Notes under the pieces: model-generated
What the model saw: the letters and a program-made list of their open reading frames with translations, nothing else
Databases searched by the model: none
Told to the model about the DNA's origin: nothing
Source of the DNA: Octopus sinensis
Lineage: Eukaryota
DNA length: 64,000 nucleotides
Assembly (NCBI RefSeq): GCF_006345805.1
Contig: NC_043009.1
Coordinates: 8,494,001 to 8,558,000 of the forward strand
Direction: 5' to 3'
Shown: piece by piece, positions 37,004-49,235 of the stretch
How the letters are laid out: each line of letters opens with the position of its first letter
Numbering within the stretch: the first letter of the stretch is position 1
Made by a program: the position numbers and the translations under genes

Positions 37004-37040
<37 letters not shown>
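36865..37040. repeat. (TA)n/(CA)n microsatellite complex
   Basis: Directly visible; similar tracts at 39425-39630, 56630-56760 and 61480-61700. Confidence 0.95.
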
Positions 37041-37042
<2 letters not shown>

Positions 37043-37246
37043 GCATAGTTGTGTGGTTAAGAAGTTCAGTTCACAACCATACTAGACAGTTGCAGGTTTG
37101 CCCTGATCCAGAGGACTTTGGACCTGGGGAAATGTTATCTGCTATAACACTGGGCTGACCAAAGTTTTGTGGGTGAATTTACTAGTTAGAAGCTGAAAGC
37201 CTACTCTATGTGTGTTTGTGCATGTATATATATATATATATATATA

Positions 37247-37305
<59 letters not shown>

Positions 37306-38169
37306 CATGGACTCTCCTGTTGTTAGATGACATATGAGGGTTCGACAATTTCTTGCCAAACAACCTCACAGATGATTTGTTTATGGCAATCAAATGTTTG
37401 TGTAGACATAAGCTCACTCCCTCCATCAAATTGATATTACCTGCACAGGTGTAACTGGATGCCACAATTCAGATGTCGAACTGATTGCAGAGCAGCATGA
37501 AATAAAGTGCTTTGCTCGAATCCATGATCTTGCAATCGTGAATATGCGACACCCTAACCACTAAGCCATGCGCTTTCGCATACATATATATATATATATA
37601 TATATACATACACACACACACACATATATATATATCACTGTATCAATCACATGATCAGATGCTGGTACACATTGCTGACTACAATGTGCTTCCTCGCATA
37701 GCTTTTGAATGATGCCTTCATGTTGGCTAAGCAGGCAGGCCAACGTTGCCCCTGAATAGAATACCAGTCTATTGCAAGGCTACCCTTTTACAGCTGAGTG
37801 GACGGGGGTTACATGAAATGAAGGGTTTTGCTCAAGAACATAATGCACCACCGGTCTGGAAACCGGAACCATGATCTTGCCTTCGTGTATATAATGCATT
37901 GTGTGTTTATGTGCCCTTGTCTTGACAGTGTCCGCTTATTGTGAATAAACATCACCGTCATACAGCTGGTGGCTTTTATTTGCAACCTTCTGCGAAAACA
38001 TGCCTGGCCATTTTGCTGGTCGTGTTTGAAGAACTAGAGGAAATATTACCTCATTTGCAAACAGGTGAGGGTTAGTAACTGGAAGAGCGTCTGATCGTAG
38101 AATATCTGCCCTACTGCTCTATACAAGTATGGAAAAGTGGATGTTAAATAATAATAATAATGATTATTA

Positions 38170-38390
38170 TTATTATTATCATTACCATGAAGACACATGA
38201 CCTAGTGGTAAGGGTGTTACACTCATGACCACAGGATCATGGTTTCAATTCTTAGACTGAGTGATGCGTTGTGTTCTTAAGCAAAACACTTCCTTTCACA
38301 TTGCTTTGTGATCACTTCAACACCTGATGTGCAGTACACTGTGCACCTGTTCAGGCAACTTTGATTTGATGGAGGCAGTGAGCACAAGCA
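38170..38390 (+). mobile_element. tRNA-derived SINE family E
   Basis: ATGACCTAGTGGTAAGGG A-box, GGTTTCAATTC B-box, GTTCTTAAGCAAAACAC; related minus-strand copies at about 37290-37580 and 47400-47700. Confidence 0.6.
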
Positions 38391-38394
38391 TGAC

Positions 38395-38431
<37 letters not shown>

Positions 38432-38486
38432 TCATCATATGTCAACTTCAATGGGAGAGTCCATCCTTATTATTATTATTATTATT

Positions 38487-38712
38487 CGAGCTGGCAGAAT
38501 CCTTAGCACACCTGGCGAAATGCCTAGAGGTACTTTGTCTGCTGTAATGTTCTGAGTTCAAATTCCACCGAGGTCAACTTTGCCTTTCATCCTTTCGGGG
38601 TCAATTAAATAAGTACCTGTTATGCAATGGGGCCGATGTAATCGACTTAATCCCTTTGTCTGTTTTGTTTGTCCTCTCTATATTTAGCCCCCTGTGGGCA
38701 ATAAAGAAATAA
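38487..38712 (+). mobile_element. SINE family A monomer
   Basis: CGAGCTGGCAGAATC, GAGTTCAAATTCC, GCCCCCTGTGGGCAATAAAGAAAT. Confidence 0.85.
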
Positions 38713-39544
38713 AATTATAATAATTATTATTATTATGGCCAACTCTGCCTTTCATCCTTTCAGGGTGGATAAGTTAAGTACCAGTTGAATGCTGGGGTTG
38801 ATGTAATTGACTCATATCCTCCCCCCAAAGTGGATGCCCTTGTGGGAAAGTTTGAAACCATTATTATTATTAGTATCAATATTATTATTATTATTATTAC
38901 TATTATGGTGATAGTGGTAGTGTGTGTATCTTTTAAAGATAATTCTATCCATTTACATTGCAGTGATTTTACTATTCATATTGTGAATCTTGCTCTTAGT
39001 CATATCATTTCAGAATTTCAGTATGAGACTTAGTGTGTTAAACAGTCATGGATCTGTATATCTGTTGGAGGTTGGGTGACTACAAAGTTATTCTGTGATT
39101 TTTATGTGATATGAAGTAGGGGGGAGGTGAGGGAATAAAACTCAGAGCTTATCCAGTAAAAACGTTTATGGGTTCTCGTTTTGACAGTTATTCTTGACAG
39201 AACCTATTTGGTGTAATCAGTAACATAATCTCCCAGTAAGGGGTAGATGGAATTTAAAGTATCATAATGACATATTTCATAGTGGGATGAATTTTACTGC
39301 TTTGCCTGTATTTGTAAATATCTCCTCCTCTTCATTATCATTGGCGTCATCTTCATGCATATTGCTGTTTAATACCAAGTCGGCTGTGAGAGGTCAGACC
39401 TATGATCAACAACATTCTAACAAATAACAATCCCTTTATACATACACATATATATATATATATATATATATCGATATATATATATATGTGTATATATATA
39501 TATATATATGTGTGTGTGTTTATCGATATATGTATATATATCTA

Positions 39545-39593
<49 letters not shown>

Positions 39594-39736
39594 ATGTATG
39601 TATGTATGTATATATATGTATCAATATATATCAAGTTTTTTTTAAATTCTTTCTCACCTTTCCGAACATCAAACTAGTACACCTGCTTGTTGTTTATACA
39701 CCTGTCTTCATCTTTTCTTTTTCTGTCAATTTCAAC

Positions 39737-39772
<36 letters not shown>

Positions 39773-39774
<2 letters not shown>

Positions 39775-40651
39775 GGATACGTTGAATAAATTGTCGTCTA
39801 AATTATGCAAAAATGAAAATAACACTGACGTCTCATTTTAACAGTTATATTTACTAAAATTACATAAAAATATCTTGAAATATTAAAGAGTAAATTTATT
39901 CAATAAAATCGCCATTGTCTTCAACCACATCCTCCAGATGACGACTTTGGAATCTCCTGCAACTCTTCTGGATGGTCTCCTTGTTTAAGTTGGTGAACAC
40001 TGCCATAATCTTTGCCTTCAATTCATCTTTGGTGTTACAAGGAGTTTTGTTGGTCTCTTGCTCAACTGCGCCCCACACATAATAATCAAGGGGATTGCAG
40101 TCTGGGCAGTTAGGTGGCCAGATGCTAGGGGTGATGTGATTGTAGAAATTGTCTGACAGTAATAACTGGGTTCTCCTGCTTGTGTGGCATGGTGCAGAGT
40201 CCTTTTGCCAGACAGAGGGTCTTCCAGTAGCCACCCTCTTGACCCAAAGCAACACTACCTCCTCCAGGCACTTGATGTAGGCCTCTGTGTTGAGTTTGAG
40301 GGTGTGTGGGAAGATGAATGGAGGCATAACGTCGCCATCACTAGTGATCACTCCAAACACCATGATGTTGACTTGGTGGTTGATTTTTATCACTCTCGGT
40401 ACCTGTCCTCAGACTGACACCCAAACATTCTGAAATGTTCGTATTGGAGCTTCCAGTATGAATGCCAAGCAGCACATCATGTTGTTTCTAAACTTCTGGC
40501 AGAGTGAATTGCATCATGGTGCTGTTTCTTCCAATAGACAGTGCCCAACTGACCCTATTATACTGTGTAGTTGACAAAATCAAAAACAAACAATGTGCAT
40601 ATGCGAAATTAAAAATATGAAATGGCAACAATTTACCCATCACACCCTCTG
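39773..40651 (-). mobile_element. maT-family (DD37D) Tc1/mariner element, internal deletion derivative
   Basis: Transposase N-terminus (40517-40404) fused to the C-terminal half; degenerate TIR-like ends sharing TAAATTGT; TA repeats on both flanks. Confidence 0.8.
39896..40393 (-). pseudogene. DD37D transposase, C-terminal half
   Basis: IMVFG..WQKDSAPCHTS..WPPNCPDCNPLDYYVWG; exactly 37 residues between the second and third D; first catalytic D deleted. Confidence 0.9.
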
Positions 40652-40879
40652 TGTGTATATATATGTATAATATTAATATTTCTAATTCTCTCTAAAGGAG
40701 ACTATAGCAGCAGTACTTGATATTAATAGTTATCACCAAGCTAATATGGCAGTCCAGAAAAATAGGACAAATGCTGCTGTTGATTAGCTCCAAGAAGCCA
40801 TCACCTCTAGCTAGCTATATGAGACACAAACCCGTGTCAATTATAACCTTTGAACAGGGGAGGTCAGCAGCTTCCCCTT

Positions 40880-41741
40880 GCAAGGGGCACAGACAATAAT
40901 GCGTCCAATCCCATTGGCTGATCAGAAGAAAGAAGGAAATTCAAGTTAGAAAAAGATCGCACGTGGAGAAATGATAGGAGAGGAAAAATTATAATAAGGC
41001 AGAATGCTAAATTGAAAGTAAATTTTAATAAAAATGGGTGTAAGGAAAATAGAAAAATAAAAAATAATAAATCTAAGCGGTTTTCATCGCAAGGCAAATT
41101 TTCAAGATTTGGAAGGGGAAAAGAAATTTTTTTTAAATTGAGGAAGGGGAAAAAAGAAATTTACAATGTTTTTTAAAAAAAATAATAATAAATATATACA
41201 AAAATTAATAAGTATACCGATACATTGTAGAGTCTTTATGCTTTTAGAGTTCTATAATAGTCCTTGGAAAAACTTGTTTGGATGATTAGGATCCATGTGC
41301 TTAAAAGTAGAGCGTGGTTTAAAGTGTTGGGTAAATGTGTGTCAAAACAGGAAATGGGGTAGGAGTTATCCAGTTCCTGTGAGTAAGGGGAGACAATTCT
41401 GTGGATTTTATGCTCTAATTGGAACGATGGATTTTTTGTCAAATAGGATGATTATATCAATTTTTTGTCAGATAGGATGCTAGAAAAAGGAGTATGGTCA
41501 TCGTGGAGTTTGCATATTAAGAAGCATTTGGAATTTTTCAATAAAAAGATTCTCCTTGTTGATTCTTGTGTAGAGATTCCGTCTTTACATTGGTAGAAAG
41601 GGAATATGTGAAATTTAGGATTCTTATCTCTAGCGCAAGTGTCTATGTGGCTACTTAGTGGAATTTGACAGTATTGTGGGAGATTTATCTGTTCTTTATG
41701 GACTGGTTCTCTTCTGCATAAAGGAAGGCTCGTTTGTGCAC
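40880..41741 (-). mobile_element. PLE 3' end: C-terminal half of GIY-YIG plus 3' UTR/terminal repeat
   Basis: QTSLPLCRR..HKEQINLPQYCQIPLSSHIDTCA..FHIFPFYQC, then after a frameshift NKENLFIEKFQMLLN; homologous to the 28750-29000 family. Confidence 0.8.
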
Positions 41742-41875
41742 GCCCTAACTGTGGTACCTGCCCCTTCCTACTTGAAGGCTCTGAATTTACTTTCAAACAA
41801 GGAACAAAGTTTAAAATCAAGACCAACTACTCCTGTTGCTCCAAGAACCTCATCTACGTTCTCACATGCGCCGGG
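41736..41875 (+). mobile_element. Inverted 5' segment of the same PLE ORF
   Basis: Plus strand encodes CARPNCGTCPFLLEGSEFTFKQGTKFKIKTNYSCCSKNLIYVLTCAG (Cys linker plus first GIY-YIG motif). Confidence 0.85.
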
Positions 41876-42019
41876 TGAGGATGGATGAGTGTATACTTTT
41901 AGACGCATGCACGTGGGTGTGTGAGCACACATGTGTAGGTATGAACATGCACACATGCGAATACTATGAACTTTTTTACCCCCTTTTACTCCCTCCCCTC
42001 ACTTCACAGTCATTCAAAT

Positions 42020-42220
42020 AGCCCTTTTGTCTTAATAACGTTCAATCACACAGCAGTTTCCCTTTGTATAATGGTCATGGATTTCCACCTCGGCATCCAA
42101 AACTCGGAGTTTTATCATGGTTACCGAATAATTGTCACATATTACATTTACAGATAAATTCCTCTCTTTACATAATATTGAGGTCTCTTTCATTCTTTTG
42201 TTGTTTTACCATTTTTTATC
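42020..42220 (+). mobile_element. Probable PLE terminal-repeat fragment with a decayed hammerhead-like motif
   Basis: TGGAT/ATCCA stem and ACTC-G-GAGT stem III like the 55-kb element; catalytic core is degenerate. Confidence 0.45.
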
Positions 42221-42380
42221 AATGGTTGGCGTTAGGAAGGTCATCCAGCCGTAGAAACATTGCCAGATCAGACTGGGCCGGGTGCAGCCTTCTGGCTTCC
42301 CAGACCCCAGTTGAACCGTCCAACCCATGCTAGCATGGAAAGCGGACGCTAAACGATGATGATGATGATGATGATGATGA
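42221..42380 (+). mobile_element. RTE LINE 3' tail
   Basis: GGCGTTAGGAAGG..CATCCAGCCGTAGAAAC..CCCATGCTAGCATGGAAAGCGGACGCTAAAC(GAT)n. Confidence 0.85.
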
Positions 42381-42464
42381 TATATATATATATATATATG
42401 TCTGTTTGTACATACATGTCTTACCTTAGTTCTTCTAATATATATGTATGAATATGTGTGTGTG

Positions 42465-42505
<41 letters not shown>

Positions 42506-43891
42506 AACTCAGCTTATAGTAGAGTCTGATTTGAGAAAGATTTTGGCTGCTATTTCCAGTAAGTGAAGTAAATCTGTAGAAGCTTGCTCATTGGCCCAGA
42601 TATTTATCATCTCAGTTTCTTTTGCTGAATTGCAATAATACAGTATAAACAAACCAATAATGGTTGTGAAGTGGTGGTGGTGGTGGTGGTGGGAGAAGAC
42701 AAGCACAAACATAAAGATACACATGCACACACACACACACAAGAGGCTATAATGGAAGGCACTTGCCCAAGGTAACACACAGTGGGATTGAACTGGGAAC
42801 CATGTGCTTGAGCAGCAAACTTCTAACTACACCGTTATGCTTGCACTATGTGTGTGTGTACTATGGTCTTCTTCAGTTTCCATTTACCAAATCCACTGAC
42901 AAGCCTTTGGTTGATCTGGGGCTATAGTAGAAGACTCGTGTCTAGGGTGTCAAGCAGTGGGACTGAACCCAGAACCATGTAGTTGAGAAACAAGAATCTT
43001 ATCCCACATTCTCCCTTAACTACGATAAGGATTATTGAGTTAATGTTGTCTTTTCCTCACTGCATAATTATTTAGAACTAAACTTTTTTCATGCTCACAG
43101 CATTGTATATACATGTTAATGCTAACTTTGCTGTTGTTTTTTTATGCAGATGGCACTCTGAGAAATTTAACTCGATATATTCATATACGTAGTGTAATGG
43201 CTCTTCACTTCTTTTAATTTACTGAACCAGCCTATTTAACTGTATAACACAGCACTTTCATATTGATTTATTGGTTCTTAGCAACACATGGATTTGATCT
43301 CACCACTGTAAACCCTTTTAATATCTTTCTTTTCTTTCTTCATTTTAAGTTACATTACTGCACAATCACATTTAAGAAATATTTATTTTCCTAAATTAGA
43401 AAAATGCTAAAGATTAATTGATAATTAATTAAAAAAAAAAGGCATCAACTCAAACACACACACACACACACACATACATACATGCATGCACACCTGCACA
43501 CACTGTGGTTGCTTGTATGTATGAGTGTGTGTGTATATATGTGTGTGTATATATATATATATATATGTGTGTGTATGTGCAACACAGAAGGATGAGGAAG
43601 GATGATATGAAACACGGGAAAAAACACACAACGGATGTGAACAAGCTCTTCCGTCATCAGTTATTGAACCAAAAATTATTACAATCTCAACACTTCATCA
43701 ATACTACTGTTTTGATAAACTATATATATACATATGTACATACTCTGGGATTGATCAAGTGATGTAGTCACCCTTGATGATGGTTGAAAATTGATTAAGG
43801 CTCTTCATCATCATTTTCAATCTAAAGAGAAAAAACTAGATTTGATATGTTTTTATGTTTACTGCACGACCAAAATATATATATATATATT

Positions 43892-44890
43892 ATCATCATC
43901 ATCATCATTGTTGAACGTCCGTTTTCCATGCTAGCATGGGTTGAACGGTTCGATTGGGGTCTGGGTAGCCAGGAGGCTGCACCAGGCTCCAGTCTGATCT
44001 GGCAGTGTTTCTACAGCTGGATGCCCTTCCTAATGCCAACCACTCCATGAGTGTAGTGGGTGCTTTTTGCATGCCACCGGCACAGGTATCACGACTACAA
44101 TTTCCATTTGATGTTGATGTATTTGACTCAATAGGTCTCCTCAAGCACAGCAGTTCGCCCTACGATCCAAGGGAAGCACAGCAGGCCGTCCTGTGATCCA
44201 AGGTACTTTGGATGGGCTGGGACTTCTATGTGAAGCTGGTGTAGGAAACAGCCATGAACTCACGTTATTTGTCGGGTCTTCGCAGTCACAGCATATCTCC
44301 AGAGGTCACGGTCTTTCGTCATTGCCTCTGTGAAACCCAACATTCAAAGGTCATGTTTGACTACCTCATCCCATGTCTTCCTGGGTCTACCTCTACCCCG
44401 GATTTCTTCAACTGTTTGGGAGTGGTACTTCACACATCTCTCCTCATCCATCCGTAGTATATGACCATACCATCGCAGACGTCTCTCTTGCACGCCACAT
44501 CCAATGCTTCTTATGTCCAGCATTTCTCTCAGGGCACTTACACTCTGTTGTGTGTGCACACTGACATTACACATCCAGCAGATCATGCTAGCTTCATTTC
44601 TTTCAAGCCTACGCATGTCCTCTGCAGTCGCAACCCATGTTTCACTACCATGAAGCATAGCAGTTCGCACACATGCATCATACAATCTACCTTTCACTCT
44701 GAACGAGAGACCCTTTGTCACCAGTAGGGGTAGGAGCTTTCTGAACTTTGCCCAGGCTATTCGTATTCTAGTGGTGACACTCTCAGAGCATCCACCTCCA
44801 CTACTAACTTGGTCACCCAGGTAGCGGAAACTATCAACTACTTCTAGTTTCTCCTCATGGAGTGTGATGGAATCTGTTTTCTGAGTATCT
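43892..44890 (-). mobile_element. 5'-truncated RTE-clade LINE
   Basis: RT C-terminal ORF, 3' UTR and (GAT)n tail in the expected order. Confidence 0.92.
44260..44890 (-). pseudogene. RTE reverse transcriptase thumb/C-terminal fragment
   Basis: LEVVDSFRYLG..RIRIAWAKFR..KGRLYDACVRTAMLHGSETW..RRLRWYGHILRM..RGRGRPRKTW; in-frame TGA at 44344-44346, frame continues to a stop at 44260-44262. Confidence 0.92.
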
Positions 44891-44944
44891 GTGGTGTCTA
44901 TTGCCCCTGTGCATCTGCCGCACACAAAAGCTACACACACACAC

Positions 44945-44993
<49 letters not shown>

Positions 44994-45301
44994 TGGTCAA
45001 AAGTCTTAATACAAAGATGAAATTTTATGTGTGTGTGTGTGTGTGCATAAATATGTCTTTATGCAAATACGTGTGGGCATGGCTCTGTGGTTAAAACATT
45101 CAATTTGCAGCCATGTGGTCTGGGGTTCAGTCCCACTGTATGGAAATTTGGGTGAGTGTCTTCTACTCTAGCCTCAGACTGAACAAAACCTTGTGAGTGA
45201 AATTTGATTGGCAGTGTGTGTGTGTTCATGTCTCATTGTCTTCGTATTGCATGCTAATTGTAAACAAACATCACCATCATACAAGTGGTGATATTCGTTT
45301 G

Positions 45302-45491
45302 TATGAGGGGGTGCTGAAAAGTTCCTGGCTTTAAGGGTATTGCAAAAGGGCTGGCTGGAGGCTCAACCTTCTGAGATCTTTCACAGGGCTTAGAAAAATT
45401 GAAGGACTACTGCAATATGTCTGCGAATCTGAGAAGGGAATATATTAAATAAAATCATAATTAACTGATCCTCTTGTATTTTCTTTTACCA
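45302..45491 (+). mobile_element. mariner-derived MITE, right TIR lost, inserted in a SINE tail
   Basis: TA-TGAGGGGGTGCTGAAAAGTTCC mariner-type end; LEKLKDYCNMSANLRREYIK* resembles a mariner C-terminus; host SINE sequence resumes on both sides. Confidence 0.6.
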
Positions 45492-45974
45492 AATCTTCCA
45501 TGAGAACATATATCCAACCATTGTTCTGTTGGTGTTCAAAGAACCCATGATGGTGGGGGAAATATTATCTTACTTGCAAATAGACGAATGTTGGTGACAG
45601 GAAAAGCATCCAGTTGTAGAAAATCTGCGTCGATGAATTTCATTTGATCCATGCAAGCATGGGGAAGTGGATGTTACGACGACGACGATGATGATGATGA
45701 AGGCGGTGGCGACTGCTGCTGCTGCAAGTAACTAACTTAACTAATTTGTATTACATATTATGAGATATGAATTATGAAATGTTTTACAATTTTGTCTTTT
45801 ATTTGACATTTAAGATAGATACATCATTTTATAAATATATGCAATTGTCGTCTGAAAAAAAAAAAGTGATCTCATATTGTTGCTTTACATAGCAATGGAC
45901 TCATGTTCAGGAAGATATTAACTTAGCTGACTGTGTCTGTTGTTGCTGTCAAGAAAACTTTGTATTGATTTCAT

Positions 45975-46330
45975 TCAACAGGTGAATACAAATCATTTGG
46001 CAGATCAGGCAGACCTTGTAGCACAACTCTTCAAATCGATCGTATGATTTATGATTCATCATCTTTCTATTGTATCTCCATTTGCATCTAGCATTGCCGT
46101 ACAAGCACAGTTGTCAGCAACAGTAGAATACAGCAGGAAGACAATGAGACATCGACTGCAGAAAGACTTCAACCTAGACTTCGCAAGGCGTCCAATGTAG
46201 AATATGAGGTTATCACAGGGGTGAAAAATAAAACTATCTTGGATCGTCTGCAATTTGCAGAGATCACAAGAATTGGGCAATGATGGGCGGACTTGATGAT
46301 AGAACATCTATTGCGCAATTTACATCCCTT
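45975..46330 (+). pseudogene. Tc1-family transposase relic (HTH region)
   Basis: Across frameshifts: RSGRPCSTT (GRPR motif), PFASSIAVQAQL..SRKTMRHRLQ, DRLQFAE..W, matching the Tc1/Tc3 N-terminal half. Confidence 0.65.
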
Positions 46331-46389
46331 CATTTCATCACCTGTCAAACTTTTGGCACAATCCTAGGTGAACACATGGGAGGGTCAGG

Positions 46390-46645
46390 CAAAATTCATT
46401 CGTTATGATACAAGGTTAGGGCATTTCTTATTTCTATACTACACACACAGAGGACAAACAAGGATAGACAAACAGATTAAGTCGATTATATCGACCCCAG
46501 AGTGTAACTGGTACTTATTTAATCGACACCGAAAGGATGAAAGGCAAAATTGAACTCGGTGGAATTTGAACTCAGAACATAGCGGCAGATGAAATACCGC
46601 TAAGCATTTCGCCCGGCATGCTAATGTTTCTGCCAGCTTGCTGCC
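46390..46645 (-). mobile_element. SINE family A
   Basis: Reverse complement of AAGGCAGCAAGCTGGCAGAAAC and GAGTTCAAATTCC. Confidence 0.8.
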
Positions 46646-46960
46646 TTTTCAGCATAGGAAAGAGCTGGGATTTGGATAAAGCATCAAGATACAAAACACA
46701 CACACACACACACATATATATAGATAGTCATAGATATACATGTGCATGTGCACACACACGTACATGCATATATATATATACAGAGAGAGAGAAAGAGAGA
46801 TAAAACATGACAACCTACTTTTATTTTCCATCTACCAAATGTATTTACAAGGCTTTGGTCAGCCTAGGGTTGTAGCAGAAAATACTTATTCAAGATATTG
46901 TGCAGTGGGACTGAACCCAAAACCACATGGTTGGGAAGCAAGTCTTTTAATCACACAGCC

Positions 46961-47087
46961 ATGCTGTGGTCAGTTTGATTGTCCGAGCATGACCACAGTC
47001 CTGTAACTGAAGCAACTAAGAGGCAAAAAAGTAATAAAGGTTCTTCTCAAATTGTCTTTATTTTTTGCCAAGTCAGCAGATTTTAAT
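46961..47087 (+). repeat. 127-bp direct repeat, copy 1 (copy 2 at 48692-48818)
   Basis: Aligns without gaps; I see 4 substitutions. Confidence 0.9.
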
Positions 47088-48309
47088 GCCCATGCCTCTG
47101 TGTGTGTGTGTGTGTGTGTGTGTCTTTTACCTTTTACATGCTTTGGTATGGTGGGTCACTGCTTTGAAGGGTTTTTAGTTGGACAAATGGACCCCAGGAC
47201 TGATTGTTTTAAAGCCTGGTACTTATTCTATTGGTCTCTTTTGCTGAACTACTAAGTTACAGGGAATAAACAAACCAACACCAGTTGTCAAGCAGTGGTG
47301 GGGGACAAGCACAAAGACACATACACACACACACACACACCACACACACACACACACACATATATATGCACACACATTTGAGACCCCCTTCAGTCATGAC
47401 TGAATGCAGGGTTGCACCTGGAAAGTTACCCTCCCAAACACAGGTTGTTTATGGAAGACCAGCAGTCGCCCATGCATTCTGGATTCTCCTCTCCACACCA
47501 CCAGTGTTAGCCAAGGGAAAGACAAAGGCTGATACAGCTTGGCACCTGTGGCATCACAACTCATTTCTACAGCTGAGTGGATTGGAGTAACATGAAATAA
47601 AGTGTCTTCAAGAACACAACACGCAGCCCGGTCCAGAATTCAAACTCATAACCTCACGATTGTAAGCTTGATGCTCTAACCACTGAGCCATGCACACACA
47701 CATACTTACATACACATATGTATGTACATGTTAGCAATAAAACTGAGTCAAATACACTGAGTTTCATGTGTGACACTTATATATTACCATCATTATTTTA
47801 CACTCCATTTTCTGTGACGGCATGATTTGGGGTGGAGGGATTGAGCCTATCCAACCCAGTGCCCTTCTTGTTGGTGAACCCTTTTAGTTGCCTCTCACAA
47901 CAAAAGAACTATGCATGTATATGTATATGTGTGTGTGTGTGTAGGTTGCCTGAATTTTCAGATGTGTGTCAAGGAGCTAAAAGTTATCTATTTCTCTCCA
48001 CAGTCATCATCATTAGTCTATCAGATTTTAGACTCAGCACAGGTTAGCAAATGATAAATAACTATTGTTCGGACAGAGTGGTTATTGATCACATGACACT
48101 TATCTTTCTGTTTTTCTCTCGGTCTGAATATTGATTTTCTCTCAGATAAATAGACTGAACAGAAAGAAGTGGGGGAAAAAAAATCTAGTGTCTTTATTAA
48201 TGGGAATTGATCCCTTAAAGTAAGATTTGTGGTAACATATATCTCTATCGACTGAAATTAACATAGGTGTTGATAAAGGATTACAGAAAAAATTTCCCAT
48301 AGAATTTAC

Positions 48310-48380
48310 CAATACTGCTGGTTATGGTTCTGTTGAAGCTGGTGCTGGTACTGGGGGTTGTTAGCCTTGGTTGGGTAGTT
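48310..48380 (-). CDS. Candidate 71-nt internal exon, product unknown
   Basis: ATTTTTGATCTCAG acceptor and ATTG|GTAAAT donor; open frames NYPTKANNPQYQHQLQQNHNQQY or TTQPRLTTPSTSTSFNRTITSSI. Confidence 0.25.
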
Positions 48381-48691
48381 CTGAGATCAAAAATATTCTA
48401 GACATGATTGTGGTTAAGAAGTTTATTTTGCAACCACATGGTTTTCGGTTCAATCCCACTGCACAACAGCACAGCATGAGCAAATGTCTTCTACTATAGC
48501 CCCCAGATTGGCCAATGCCGTGTTAGTGAATTTGGTTGATGGAAACTATATGGAAACCCGTCGCGCGTGAGTTTGTTTGTTCCCCCACCCATCACTTAAC
48601 AACTGGTGTTGTTTTGTTTACATCCCCATAATATAGTGGTTTGGTGAAAGAGACCAATAGAATAAGTACCAGACTTTAAAAAAAAAGATAA

Positions 48692-48818
48692 ATGCTGTGG
48701 TCAGTTTGATTGTCTGAGCATGACCACAGTCCAGTAACTGAAGCAACTAAGAGGCAAAAAAGTAATGAAGGTTCTTTTCAAATTGTCTTTATTTTTTGCC
48801 AAGTCAGCAGATTTTAAT
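48692..48818 (+). repeat. 127-bp direct repeat, copy 2 (SINE B tail plus unique flank)
   Basis: Matches 46961-47087. Confidence 0.9.
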
Positions 48819-49004
48819 TTGGAAAAGGTTTTTGGTTGTTATTCCTAACCAGTTGATCAACCACAGAGAAGTTCTCACATTGGTTCCCTTTCACATCATC
48901 ATCATTTAACGTCTGTTTTCCATGCTGGCATGCTTTGGACGGTTTGAACAGAGCTGGTGAGTGAGAAGACTGTGCCAAGCTCTGGATTAGCATGATTTCT
49001 TATT

Positions 49005-49235
49005 TTTTTATTGCCCACAAGGGGCTAAACATAAAGGGGACAAACAAAGACAGACAAAGGGATGGATTAAGTCAATTACATCGACCCCAGTGCATAACTG
49101 GTACTTAATTTATCGACCCCGAAAGGATGAAAGGCACAGTCGACCTCGGCGGAATTTGAACTCAGAATATAATGGCAGATGAAATACTGCTAAACATTTC
49201 GCCCGGCGTGTTAACATTTCTGCCAGTTTGCCGCC
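49005..49235 (-). mobile_element. SINE family A monomer
   Basis: Reverse-complement A-box, B-box and tail. Confidence 0.85.

Noticed and set aside
46059-46307. RING-like Cys pattern in the minus-strand ORF (CDLC..HPC..CSRC)
   Set aside because: It is the antisense of the Tc1 transposase relic and the ligand spacing is incomplete
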